From assembly GCF_004010195.1 (NCBI RefSeq), contig NC_057719.1, forward strand, positions 24,808,750-24,872,749: 64,000 bases of DNA, in the 5' to 3' direction. The stretch is from Chiloscyllium plagiosum. Taxonomy: Eukaryota. The notes under the pieces are model-generated. The model ran no database searches. It was not told the origin of the DNA and saw only the letters and a list, made by a program, of their open reading frames with translations. The position numbers were made by a program, and so were the translations under genes. Positions 23,365 to 34,739 of the stretch are shown piece after piece. Every line of letters starts with the position of its first letter. Positions within the stretch are counted from its first letter, which is position 1.

Positions 23365-23419
23365 TATACACAAAAGGAAAATAAAATACAGATGATACTA
23401 AGCTGGAGAGAATTGTGAA

Positions 23420-24170
23420 TTATAAGGTTACGATGAGTGACTTCAGAGGGACACTGACAAATTGGCCAAATGGATAGACACCTGACAGATGAATTTAAAT
23501 GCAGAGAAATGTAACAGAATGTATTTTGACAGAAGGAACACAGAGAGACAATACAGGCTCAATGGTATAACTCGGAGTACAAGAGCAGGGGGACTTCAGA
23601 GTTCCAATTCTCTGAAGGTGCCACACAAGTTGAAACAGTTGTCAAGATGACTTATAGCATCCTTGGGTTTATAAGAAAAGGCATAGAGTATAAAAGCAAG
23701 GAAGTGATGCGACACCTCTTCAAATCATCGGTCACACCATATTTGGAGTAATGTGTTCAATCCTGGCATCTTATTTAAAACAGGATACTATAGCCCTGGA
23801 AAAAGTACCAAAGAGATGTATTAGAATAATACCACTGATGAGGGATTTTAGATAGAAGAGAAAGAAAAGAAGGATATTGTGCTTCGATTAGTTGATATGA
23901 CAGTAACTAAGGGTCACAATTTCAAGATTATCAGCAAGAGAGCTAAGAGTGAGAAGAGGAGCAACTTCCTTACTCAGAGTTGTTAGGATTTGGAATGTGC
24001 TGCATGGGAGAGTGGTGGAGGAATAGTCCATAGGAGGTCTCAAAAGAGAGCTGATACATATTTGAAAGTGATGAATATCGAAGGCAATGGAGATAGGGCT
24101 GGAGTATGGTACAAATGGGTAGCTCCTTCAGGAGCTGGTACAGACACAATGGGCTCCTTCTGTACAGTAA
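23420..24170 (+). mobile_element. Old CR1 LINE 3' fragment
   Basis: Degenerate RT C-terminus (GIEYKSKEV, TKGH, WN motifs). Confidence 0.65.
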
Positions 24171-24619
24171 AAGTTGATAGTTCTATTATTTTATTATCTG
24201 AAGACATATACTGTAATACTTCTGGACATTTTGGTCAAATTACACTTCATCATCTCGCCTCACTTTGCACAAAGATTATACTAGATCTCTTGAGTCTCCA
24301 GTTACAATGTCAGTACTTGCTTAGATTTACAACATATTGTGCGATTCAATTTTTCAGAGTTATATTATACTGCGATGTTATTATAATATTGTTCTTTGCC
24401 AGTTATGGATAACATGCTTGGTGCACTTGGTATTACTGATTCATAGCAATGTCCATATTAAAGGATTGATTCTTACATAAGACTTGCAAGTTGATTTAAC
24501 AACTGTCACAAGTTGATTATCAGGAAATAACATTGCCAGAGAATATAATGATATTTGAAATAAAACAGCGAATCACCAAATTAATGATTGCTACAAAAGT
24601 GATACATGCCTCAATCACA

Positions 24620-25020
24620 GATTCATCGAATCATAGAATCGCTACAGTGTAGAAGCAGGCCCATCGAGTTCACACTGGCCCTCCAAACAGGATCCCATCC
24701 AGACCCACTCCCCTACCCTATCCCTATAAACCTGTATTTTATTATGGCTAATCCACCTAACCTGCATATTCCTGAACAACAGGCATTCAACCATGGCCAA
24801 TCCACCTAATCTAGATAAAAACAATGACTGCAGATGCTACTTTCTCCCCACCCCCACCCTCCTCTAGCTTATCTCTCCACCCTTCAGGCTCTCTGCCTTT
24901 ATTCCTGATGAAGGGCTTTTGCCCGAAACGTCGATTTTACTGCTCCTCGGATGCTGCCTGAACTGCTGTGCGCTTCCAGCACCACTAATCCAGAATCCAC
25001 CTAATCTGCACATCTTTGGC
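24620..25020 (-). mobile_element. Partial HE1-like V-SINE with nested family A mini-element
   Basis: Similar to the SINE 3' halves at 43755-43930 and 61460-61890. Confidence 0.65.
24813..24993. mobile_element. Family A mini-PLE (inverted tail plus one arm) with intact hammerhead core at 24905-24932 (+)
   Basis: 14-bp TSD AATCCACCTAATCT (24799-24812/24994-25007); ATTC-CTGATGA-AGGGCTTTTGCCC-GAAACGTC-GATT. Confidence 0.8.
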
Positions 25021-25144
25021 TATATCTCCATAAAAAGTTTCATTAATCAAAGTTTAGGCAGTCAGAAAATTTGGAACCCACTTCCAAACATGTAAACAAA
25101 TAGGGAGATCTTTGTTCACAGACTACATATCCTAACAATTACTG

Positions 25145-25359
25145 ATTTGGAGATGCCGGTGTTGGACTGGGGTGTACAAAGTTAAAAATCACACAACACC
25201 AGGTTATAGTCCAACAGGTTTAATTGGAAGCACACTAGCTTTCAGAGCGACGCTCCTTCATCAGGTGATAGTCTATCACCTGATGAAGGAGCATCGCTCC
25301 GAAAGCTAGTGTGCTTCCAATTAAACCTGTTGGACTATAACCTGGTGTTGTGTGATTTT
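25145..25359. mobile_element. Family B fold-back mini-PLE with a hammerhead core on each strand
   Basis: 91-bp inverted arms 25181-25271/25273-25363 (2 mismatches); 12-bp TSD TAACAATTACTG (25133-25144/25360-25371); CAC-CTGATGA-AGGAGCATCGCTCC-GAAAGCTA-GTG at 25277-25311, mirror at 25233-25267. Confidence 0.85.
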
Positions 25360-25407
25360 TAACAATTACTGGTAAGTCATCAGGATTTCATACTTTGTTA
25401 ACCTTAC

Positions 25408-25556
25408 CTGGAAATCAACATTTTCTCTTGAATGTAAGCAAGAAAGTTTGGATAATCCTTTCTGGCGAGATACAAACATTCCCCATGGAGACACAATATT
25501 TTTAAACAGTTGAGCATGTTGAAAAGAATGTCTGGCTCCTCACAATTTGGGATTTC
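25408..25556 (-). CDS. UNC79: UNC79 exon EIPNCEEPDILFNMLNCLKILCLHGECLYLARKDYPNFLAYIQEKMLIS(S)
   Basis: 149 nt, caacag|GAA ... TCC AG|gtaagg, phase 0/2. Confidence 0.95.
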
Positions 25557-25642
25557 CTGTTGACACAAACAAGTGAAGCACAGGGAAGAACTTAACAGAC
25601 CCAAGTGCTGAAATATAACTGAACAAGTTAAATAATAATTAC

Positions 25643-25722
25643 CTGCAATATTGTATGTATCAACTTCAACGTAGCAGGGAGTTGTTCATAATCAAAGGTC
25701 CTCTCTGCGTTATTTTTCATTT
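25643..25722 (-). CDS. UNC79: UNC79 exon (E)MKNNAERTFDYEQLPATLKLIHTILQ
   Basis: 80 nt, ttttaatag|AA ATG ... CAG|gtaatt, phase 1/0. Confidence 0.9.
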
Positions 25723-26619
25723 CTATTAAAATATAAAAATGTTAGTGACTGCATACTCTAACCAATACCTTTTCTGAAGGTACAACAGAATTATTTGTTC
25801 AATTGTAAGTTAGTTTGATATTAGTTTGGAGCAGAGTGAATTATACTTGTGAAGTAATGGCTAGTAAATAGGGCTGAATCTTACCAAGAATTGGGTGTGT
25901 GTCAACTTCAGGGAGTTTCGTGGAGAGTTTCTCTCCGTGAGCTCTCGTGAGTTTTCTCACACCATTCTCCACAGCTGTACACCGCACTTCTATGGCACCC
26001 CACTCGCATTATCTTGCGCTCAACAATGGCTTAAGTACTCACCACTGCTAGGACCTCCCCGGATTTCAACCCCTGGGGCTATATCTAAAGCTCAGTCATG
26101 CCCCAAGTCTAGTGTCACCAGCCAAGAGCTGCATTTCACAGTTTCACAGCTGCATTTCACTGTGCATTTCACAGTGCACAGTGGAACAAAAAACAAAGCT
26201 TCTGAGGGCACAAAGGGTCCACAGATGGCACTTCACTGTAAATCCAAGTTGATATTCACAGATGTATTGGTATTTTACATCATCATCTCTCTTATCATTG
26301 TAACTGCATTTATGAGAATCAAGCTATAGAGGCCACACCTCCCAAACATCACCCATCTTAGAACCCTGTCTAAGGAAATGCAACTCTTTTGCTAATACCT
26401 TTGTAGCATAACATCTTCTCATTGTTCAATGTGGGATAATCACATACTGGAAAGTCTTCACACAGTTGAAAATGTTCACTTTTATTCAACAACGACAAAG
26501 AGAAAAAGTAAACAAAGAAAAGCTGCAACTGGTTCTGAGATCACATAAGAACTACTTGGCATTTTGAGCAACAACACATGTCCAATCAATGAATGATCAT
26601 TGCACCCAGCACACATCTG

Positions 26620-26905
26620 TTCCAACTGGATGAGATGAGTTGAGTAGATGTGGTTTATATAGATTTTAGGAAAGCTTTTGATAGGTCCCACATGGGAGAC
26701 TGATTGAGAAAGTTAAAGCACGTGGAATTCAGGGAAGCTTGATGAGATGGATCAGAAATTGGCTTAATCATTGGCTGACTGGAGGCCAGTATCCAGCAAA
26801 GTACCACATTGATCAGTAAGGGACCCTCACTGTTTTCTATATACATAAATGATACAGATGAAAATGTGGGGGGAGTGTTTTTCAATTTACAGATAACACC
26901 AAAAT
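26620..26905 (+). mobile_element. Old CR1 RT fragment
   Basis: VDVVYIDFRKAFDRSH motif. Confidence 0.6.
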
Positions 26906-26907
26906 TA

Positions 26908-27910
26908 TGTTAAAACATGGTAAACTCTCCTGCGTAATTTAAAACCAGCAACACAGATAAAAATTATTCCGTGCAGTAATGTGTGAAAATTCGATAGGCC
27001 AAGAACTAGTTAAAGTAAAAATTATCAACTTTATTTCTTAAAGTAAAACAGAGAATAATGAACTAACAATTATTTACAATTCCTTCCTCTAATCTAAGCT
27101 GTGTACTCTCCTGCAGCTCCTCAACTCTTCTTGGGGTCTCCTCTACTACCTTCACTAATGCAACTGGCTTCGCTTCTTTTACCACATCTTTTCCCACAGT
27201 GCCTTTCTTTAACAGTCAGCACTGTGACTTTGTGTTCCACTTTACCACAGTGGAAGCACCTGAGGCCTTTCATCTCCTTTCCACCCTCTTGGGCTTCTTT
27301 TTTATTCTGTGGTATATTCTTACCAGTGCTCTCTACTCTTGGTTTAGTAGTATAGGATCTCCACTTCTCCCAAAATCTATCCCTCACAGGACGAAATTCT
27401 GGCCGGAAGCTTGTCTTATGCACCAACATGTACTCATCTGCTAATTCTGCTGCCCTTCTCACTTCCTGAACTCTCTGTTGCTCCAGGTGAATTCTTACCA
27501 TCTCTGGAAGTCAGTTATTAAACTCCTCCAGCAGAATAACCTCTCTTAGAGCCTCAAAGGTCTTATCTATTTTCAAAGCACGCACCCATCAATCAAAATG
27601 ATTATGTTTAATGCTTTTGAACTCAATATAAGTCTGACCTGGTTCTTTCTTTGTGTTTCTGAACCACTTCTGGCACCAATTCATGAGCACTTAAAATAGT
27701 CTGTTTAACCTCTTCATAATCTCTTGACCTCTCATCTGACAGTGTGGCAAATACCTCACTAACTCTGCCTACCAGTTTACTCTGAACTAGCATAACCCAT
27801 AAATCCTCGGACCACTCCATCTGCCGAGCCAATTTTTCAAATGAAATAAAGAAGGCTTCAACATCTTTCTCATCAAAATGTGGCAGAGTTTTGACATATT
27901 TATAATTCAA
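26908..27910 (-). mobile_element. Gypsy (Gmr1-like) LTR retrotransposon remnant: gag with SCAN-like domain and zinc knuckle, plus probable LTR end
   Basis: LPHFDEKDVEAFFISFEKLARQMEW...DYEEVKQTIL; ILLEEFNN*LPEMVRIHLEQQRVQEVRRAAELADEY; CFHCGKVEH; 26908-27100 ends in ...AACA with AATAAA on the minus strand. Confidence 0.8.
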
Positions 27911-28139
27911 AGATCCTGTGTAAGTTCTTTGAAATCTGAGTGGTCACCTAAGCTGTTGGTGACTTCTGTCGAAGATGGAGGCCCAAAGGAGCGTGCAGTG
28001 ATCTGAAGCTGCCAGGTAACTGCTCTAACTTTCATGTCAGGAATTATCGCCATCTGTTTTCTATCTGACTATGCAAGATCAGGAAACTCCAGAACAATGA
28101 GGAGAGAATAGATGCTACAGATACTTACACTAATGCCTC

Positions 28140-28822
28140 TTGATCTTCAATGGCATTACCATCACCACATCTCCCATTATCAACATCCTTGGGGTTACCA
28201 CTGACTAGAAACTCAACTGGACTTGCCATATTAATACTGTCTACCGGATCAAGTCAGAGGCTAGGAATCCTGCAGCGACTAACTCACCTTCTGACTCCCC
28301 AAAGCCTGTCCACCATCTAGAAGGACATGTCAAGAGTGTGATAGAATACTGCCAACTTACATGGATAAGTGCAGCTCCAACAACACTCACGAAGACTGAC
28401 ACCATGCAGGCCAAAGCAGCCTGCTCGACTGGCAATCCATTCATCCATGAACAGGGCTAGAGCAGAAACGTGTACAATCCACAACATATACTGCAGAAAT
28501 GTGCCAATGATCTTGAGACAGCACCTTCCAAATCTATAACTATTTCCATCTAAAAGGACAAGAGGATTAGATACATGGGAATACCATCCTCTGGAGATTC
28601 CCCTCCAAGCCACTCACTATCCTGGAAATAAGTCATCGTTCCCTCACTGTCACTGGGTCAAAATTGGAATCACTTCCTGAACAAAAGTGTGTACCTACCT
28701 ACAGCACATCGACTACAGCAGATCAAGAAGGCAGCTTACATCACCTGCTCAAGGACAACTAAGGATGGACAATAAACAGCGGCTCAGCCAGCAACGCACA
28801 CAGCCCACAAATGAATTTAAAA
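28140..28822 (+). mobile_element. CR1/L2-group LINE 3' fragment with DeuSINE-like tail
   Basis: Degenerate RT C-terminus; tail CAATAAACAGCGGCTCAGCCAGCAACGCACACAGCCCACAAATGAAT. Confidence 0.6.
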
Positions 28823-29991
28823 AGTAGGCATGCAAATACACGTCTATGGGCTCATGCCACTCACTAACAGGATTCTCACTGCACTGTTCAAAACCCCATT
28901 GCAAAATTTGAAGTTTTTTCTCTCTCAAATTTCAAATCTAATTTCTTCCAATTTTGCCATATTTTCCCAACTGACACACCACTGTCCATAACATTTAGGG
29001 TTGGGAAGATTCCATTCTTGGTCTCTGAATGATTGCTACAAAGATAGCAACAGGGAATTCATAGTCAAGGTCACGGCTCCTTTGACTCTTTTATATAAAT
29101 GATTGTATGGAAGCCATGAATGTAATGTAACATGCAACGTTCATCTGAATGGTTTTAGACACCACAATACCACACAATTCAGATTAGTCCACTTAATTCA
29201 CATCCCTTTCCACTACATCATTATATGACTATAGTTATAATATGCACTAGCTATGGGATGAATTGTGACAAGTAGCTTTAATAGCATCTCCATCCTTCTG
29301 ACGTCTACCACTAAAAAGAACAAAGCCAACATTGTTTTGTGAAGGCCATCAGCTGCAAATTCCCTTCTAAGTCATTCACCATCTTCACTTGATATTAAGT
29401 TACTGGGAAAATATTTTAGATTTTCATCAAACAACATTGCAAGCAGACAATCAAAAGAAGGACCAATGTAACCAATATTATTGGGGAAAAACTAATGCCG
29501 CAGTTCTCCTGACCATTCACTGTAACTTCAGTGGATGAGCCATGTAATGACAGTATTAAAGTAGGCGAGGGAAGTTTTCAATGGTTCACCAAATTACATC
29601 AAATAATTGGAAGAAATTAACCCCAATTGTCATTATGTCTAAAAAAAATTACACTATAAGAATTGCAGATTCTATTAACTAAATAGCCATTACCTAAAAT
29701 GTACCAACATTTTAATGCAGATGGTTACTTTTCATTTGTTTTGCGCGTTAGCAGATAACAATAGGTTCTATAATTATGACAGGTCATTATTACTGATCAA
29801 TGTACAGATAGATGTGAAAATTAATAAATCTTTGCACATAGATTTAGCAATTAAATGAGTTTTTTAAAAAAGCAATTTGTTCATATCACATCACATCTAA
29901 TGATGTGCCCAATGTCTCCAATAAGTCACCTTTGCACTGTCACTGCTACCATTATTGTCAACGAAAACTTGTCAGCAGCCAGTTTCAACTA

Positions 29992-30180
29992 CAGGTTGTT
30001 CTGCTATAATGGTCATTTCGTCAGTGCAAATTGGTTATAATGCAATTGACGAATTTGGATAACACAAACTTTCTACTGAAGGGGTATAGTGGTTTTCTAT
30101 TAGCGATCTTCCACAGCCTGATTTTCTATTGCACAAGGTTGTAGAGGAACACAATTGTTGCATTACAGCAGATTGACCTG
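29992..30180. mobile_element. Second Tigger-like MITE copy
   Basis: Starts TA-CAGGTTGTTCTGCTATAATG as at 23155; ends TTACAGCAGATTGACCTG. Confidence 0.6.
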
Positions 30181-30220
30181 TCCAGCACTTTTAGTAAAAA
30201 TGACTATTAACATCCCATAC

Positions 30221-30356
30221 CAGGCTTTTCTTCACATCCGTTATTAAACTGTTGATTTTCTTCCTCTTTTGAATTATCATCTTCTTCTCCTTCAAAACCT
30301 ATAGTGAATTCAGGTCTAGAAAACAGCATACTATCTTCAAAGCTGTCAGTTGGTTC
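30221..30356 (-). CDS. UNC79: UNC79 exon EPTDSFEDSMLFSRPEFTIGFEGEEDDNSKEEENQQFNNGCEEKP (acidic, less conserved 3' half)
   Basis: 136 nt, ctccttcag|GAA ... CCT G|gtatgg, phase 0/1, compatible with the next exon. Confidence 0.88.
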
Positions 30357-31377
30357 CTGAAGGAGAACAGATATGTGCTGACTTAGAACTTACATGAACT
30401 ATCATTGGATATAAAGCAGCAGTACAAGTTTCAGGAGGTGATTGCAAATGAGAAAAAGAAGCAGGGTTTATCTTAGATGATCTTGTAGTGGGGAGATTGA
30501 CAGAGGAGAGTGAAGCCCCAATTTGAAATGGCTAACACAGATACACCTACATTTGCTCCTCTTTGATTTTACAGTGCTAAGATGCAGCAGTCTACAGTCA
30601 GAATAGCCATTTTGCTATGGACAAAGTTATAGAAATTAACATTGTGCATCAGCATTAGGAACACGTTAAAAAGTAATTAATGTTCATCTTAAAAACATAT
30701 TTAAAAGCTGAATTTTCAGGAGTGCTGCAGCCTGCATGCCCCACCCCTGGCCCTATATAAAGGTCAGAGGGGAACCTGCCCATGATTTGACAGTTTCTTG
30801 CAGCAATTTAATGGTGGAAGCAGTGTTAAATGTTTTAATAAAAGAGTTTTGCCTCTGTCTCAGGAGGAAGTGCCCCACTTCAAAGACGTGTCAGCAATCC
30901 ACTGGCCAGCAGTTCTGTTTCCCAGCAGCACCAATCAGAAACGATGGCTATTGCTGGCACTACAAGCAGGGCAAGCTCATCCATGGAGCCCACATCAATT
31001 CAGGATTGAGGATCTCAGTGAGGAGGCTGAGAGGACCGGATTCAACATGTCGGGGATGAACAATGATCCTGGGAAAGGGAGGATCAGACGGCCCCAGGTA
31101 AACCACAAAGAAGAAATTCTTCTTTGGGCCTGGCACCAACCCATGATGCTACCTTTATTAAGATTCCACATGGGCTGGGCCTTAAGTTGGGTGGCCTGTA
31201 ATATGTCAGACAGGTCATAAGTGGGTGGCTAGGTGGTAGGAAGACCAGCTGGTGGATTTTACATACCACCAATCTCCTTCCTCATGTACTTTCAAACTTG
31301 CCAGCAGGTAAGCATTAAGTCCAGTTTCAACAGTTAACATGCAAACCACATTTCATCATATATTCATCTCTCCTTAC

Positions 31378-31605
31378 CACCAGTTTGATTTCCTCTTTAG
31401 GTGCCAATCGCTCCAGCAGCTCACATGCGAGTTGGTAGCATAAAATGCTGGATTGACATAGGTTGCATTCAACCGCACTTTCATCTTTCTGGCAAGTATG
31501 TGAGCCTCCCCAGGGAGCTTGGAACACATTGTTTATGATGGAAATTATGTCCTTAGCTAATCCATGGTCGAGACCCATAACCATACCATCATCTTGCAAT
31601 TCCAT
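31378..31605 (-). CDS. UNC79: UNC79 exon MELQDDGMVMGLDHGLAKDIISIINNVFQAPWGGSHTCQKDESAVECNLCQSSILCYQLACELLERLAPKEEIKLV
   Basis: 228 nt, cttcag|ATG ... GTG|gtaagg, phase 0/0. Confidence 0.96.
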
Positions 31606-31729
31606 CTGAAGCATTGAGATAGAAGATTAAAGAAGAATTAATTGCTTCTGCATATATATCCCTAGTGGCTTAGAATAACTTCACACTAATATATATTTGA
31701 TTGGTATTTTCAATATGAAATGATACAGT

Positions 31730-32825
31730 AACATGAATTAATAGGAACATGCATAGGTCATTCAGCCTGTCAAACCTGCTCCATCATTAACATGAACAAG
31801 GCTAATCAAACACTTTTACTCACCCATCACCATAATCTTGTATGCCCCGATAATCAGAAATCTATCAATTTCTACTTTAAACATGCTCAAAGGCTGAGCT
31901 TCCACAGCCCACTGTGATAGAAATTTCCAAAGGTTCATGATCCTTTAAGCAAAATAATTTCTCCTTCTCTCAGACCCTTTATGTTTAAATTGTGTCTCCT
32001 CACAATTGTGTTCTCCTGTAGATTCCTCAACCATGGGAAGCATCCCACCTGCATTTACCCTGTCTTTTCCTTTCAGTACATTGGAGGTTTCAAGGAGATG
32101 GTGAGCAAATGGGTATCCCTGGGAAGTAGGGGGTGGAGTGGAGTTGCTGTGAGAGACACCCCAAGATTAAGGGGTTGGGTGTGGCGCAAGATGTATCTGC
32201 ATGAAAGGATGATTGTATAAGTGGGTGAGATCTTGGGGGTGAAGTAAGAGATGGCATATGAGACCCAAGGCAGGATGGAGTGTGTGAGACCCCAGCAGTG
32301 AAAGGATAATTTATATTTTGACAACATTTGCTAAACAATCCAACGTTTGCCAGGAATTACACAAACAACCAATGTAGGACTGTGATTTGGGTTCTCAAGT
32401 GGTGTAATTAAGCATACGGAACTGAAAGGTACATGCATCAATATAGGAAGCCAGAGTCCAGTGGGGTTTTGCAGGGATCATGGTTGGGAACCTTCCCTTT
32501 AACATATCATTTATAATAGATTCTAACACTCTCTCTAATACTGATTTTAGGCTGAAAGGCCTGCAGCCCCATTTTCTCTCTTGCTTTCTTGTTACATTAC
32601 TACTTTCACTACTTCCCAATCCAAAAAAAATCAATCCAGAATCTATAGAACATTTGAAGAAAATCATAAAAGCATCAACTTTCTCTACAACCAATGCTCT
32701 GAGATGAAACCCATCACATTCTTGGGGATTTATCAACTTACAGACCTGTTCATTTCTCGGTACAATCTTCATACCAACACTAATTTCCTTCAACTCGTTT
32801 TCCCTAGTCAATTGGATCTCTACTT
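31730..32825 (-). mobile_element. Degenerate CR1 fragments
   Basis: CR1 3' end at about 31730-32060; RT-adjacent motif RPFSLKSVLERVLESII at about 32500-32820. Confidence 0.55.
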
Positions 32826-32965
32826 CTGGGTGGTTTATTTAGTGATGAAGTTAAAATACTTGTCCCAAGAAGCTGTAACATATTCATCTTTAAATAGTGC
32901 ACAGAATAACATAAGCTGAAATTTCACATATAATATAACAGGAAAAGGAGCAATTAAATCATTAC

Positions 32966-33187
32966 CTGTTTCAATATCAAATCAAACATCAGAATAAAGC
33001 AAGCTAAGTTCATCTCATCATCATCAGAATCAAAGTCAATGGGTCTTCCTCCTGCAGATCCGAAATTCTTAAAACAACCACGGAATGGACTGCGCAATGG
33101 ACTACGGAATGGGCTACGAAAGGGGCTAGGAAACGGACTTAGAGTAACATGTTGGCATCTGCGTCCAGGATCTGATACAACACTAAC
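32966..33187 (-). CDS. UNC79: UNC79 exon VSVVSDPGRRCQHVTLSPFPSPFRSPFRSPLRSPFRGCFKNFGSAGGRPIDFDSDDDEMNLACFILMFDLILKQ
   Basis: 222 nt, ctccatag|GTT ... CAG|gtaatg, phase 0/0; contains the SP(F/L)R repeat typical of UNC79. Confidence 0.95.
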
Positions 33188-33690
33188 CTATGGAGAAAAA
33201 TTGTATTCATTAGGGCAACAGCTCTAAGAAAATAAAATAAAGTTACAGTATAAAATATACGGTCAAGAGCCACCATTCATATGCTGACTTTTGCATATTG
33301 TATTGTGCACCCAGTTTGAGGCTACATTTCACTTATCTATGGCTTTAAAGAGAAAAATGGAAAGAAAACTTATTTCCTGGAGTAGAAACTGAACAAGTGT
33401 CCTATACTGCGCATGAACAGTTTGTCACCTTTGCTGTTTGTAAAAATTACTGTTTAGAGGATTTTGAGGAATAGAACCACTACGAACGGCAGGACTTCAC
33501 ATTACATGTGAGCAGAATCAAAATATGAAACAGCAGCTTAAGCAAATTTAACCAAGGCACGTTCAATTTACACATTAAAATTTCAATACAATAAGATTTT
33601 TAATCACAACACACTATATGATTTCTCATGTTAAACAATCTTTGAATCTCAGCTTGCACTGAAACCTGAACTCACCAGTTCTTCTCAAAT

Positions 33691-33915
33691 GAGTGATTTG
33701 GAGGTACCGTTGTTGGACTGGGGTGTACAAAGTTAAAAATTACACCAGGTTGTAGTCAAACAGGTTTATTTGGAAGCAATAGTTTTCGGAGCACTGCTCC
33801 TTCATCAGGTGGACTGTTTGCCTTCCTTGTGGACCTGATGAAGGAGCAGCACTCCAAAAGCTCGTGCTTCCAAATAAACCTGTTGGACTATAATGTGGTG
33901 TTGTGTGATTTTTAA
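33691..33915. mobile_element. Family B fold-back mini-PLE (older copy)
   Basis: 10-bp TSD CTTCTCAAAT (33681-33690/33916-33925); inverted arms around a short spacer; minus-strand core CTGATGA-AGGAGCAGTGCTCC-GAAAAC. Confidence 0.8.
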
Positions 33916-34072
33916 CTTCTCAAATAAGGCTGGTCAATTACTAAAGACAGAACTTTAAGTTATTTTCCTTTCTGTTAGGGATAAGATCTTTTTATCTTAG
34001 TTCCTCTCCCCTGCATTCTTTAGAATATGTCACACCACTTCCTAAGGGGTGGACAACCAGCTGTCAAGGTCT

Positions 34073-34164
34073 GAGTCAAAAAGCATTGTGCTGGAAAACC
34101 ACAGCCGGTCAGGCAGCATCTGAGCAACAGGACAGTTGATGTTTCAAGCATAAGCTCTTCATCA
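34073..34164 (-). mobile_element. Family A pLTR single arm abutting a V-SINE
   Basis: Minus strand CCTGATGA-AGAGCTTATGCTT-GAAACATC. Confidence 0.7.
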
Positions 34165-34467
34165 GGGTGGCAAGGTGGCTCAGTGGTTAGCACTGCTGTC
34201 TCACAGTACCAGAGTCCCAGGTTCGATTCTAGCCTTCGGCAGCTGTCTGTGTGGAGTTTGCACATTCTCCCCATGTGTGCGCAGATTTCCTCCGGGTGCT
34301 CTGGTTTCCTCCCATAGTCCAAAGATGCGCAGGTCAGGTGAATTGACCATGCTAAATTGCCCACAGTGTTAGGTGCATTAGTCAGAGGGGAAAGGGGTCT
34401 GGGTGGGATATTCTTTGGAGGGTCGGTGTGGACTGGTTGGGCCGAAGGGCCTGTTTCCACACTGTAG
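34165..34467 (+). mobile_element. HE1-like V-SINE, full length
   Basis: Pol III A box TGGCTCAGTGG and B box GGTTCGATTC; V-domain TGTGTGGAGTTTGCACATTCTCCCC...GGTTTCCTCCCA; CR1-like tail GGGCCGAAGGGCCTGTTTCCACACTGTA. Confidence 0.85.
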
Positions 34468-34739
34468 TGTGGTAGTGGGTCACTCTGAAGGTACAAAAAT
34501 GGTGGAAAATGATCCATTGAACACTGAGGGTGAAAGAGTCCACTGGGTGGTGTAGGACCCCTGGCCAAAGAAGGGAATACAGAAACAAAGGCAACAAAAG
34601 GAGCACTCAATCAATTTTGAGCTTGTTGTGACATTATGGTAGGGGTGTTACAGGCTAAAGCTGAGTCCTTTATTTCATTTATTCGTGGGATGTTTGTGTC
34701 ACTGGGTATGGCAGCATTCGCTGACCATCCCTTACATTA

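Noticed and set aside
33039..33227. Plus-strand ORF with RNGL repeats
   Set aside because: Antisense shadow of the UNC79 SPFR exon
34165..34240. tRNA gene
   Set aside because: tRNA-like head of a V-SINE; continues into the V-domain and LINE tail with no acceptor stem
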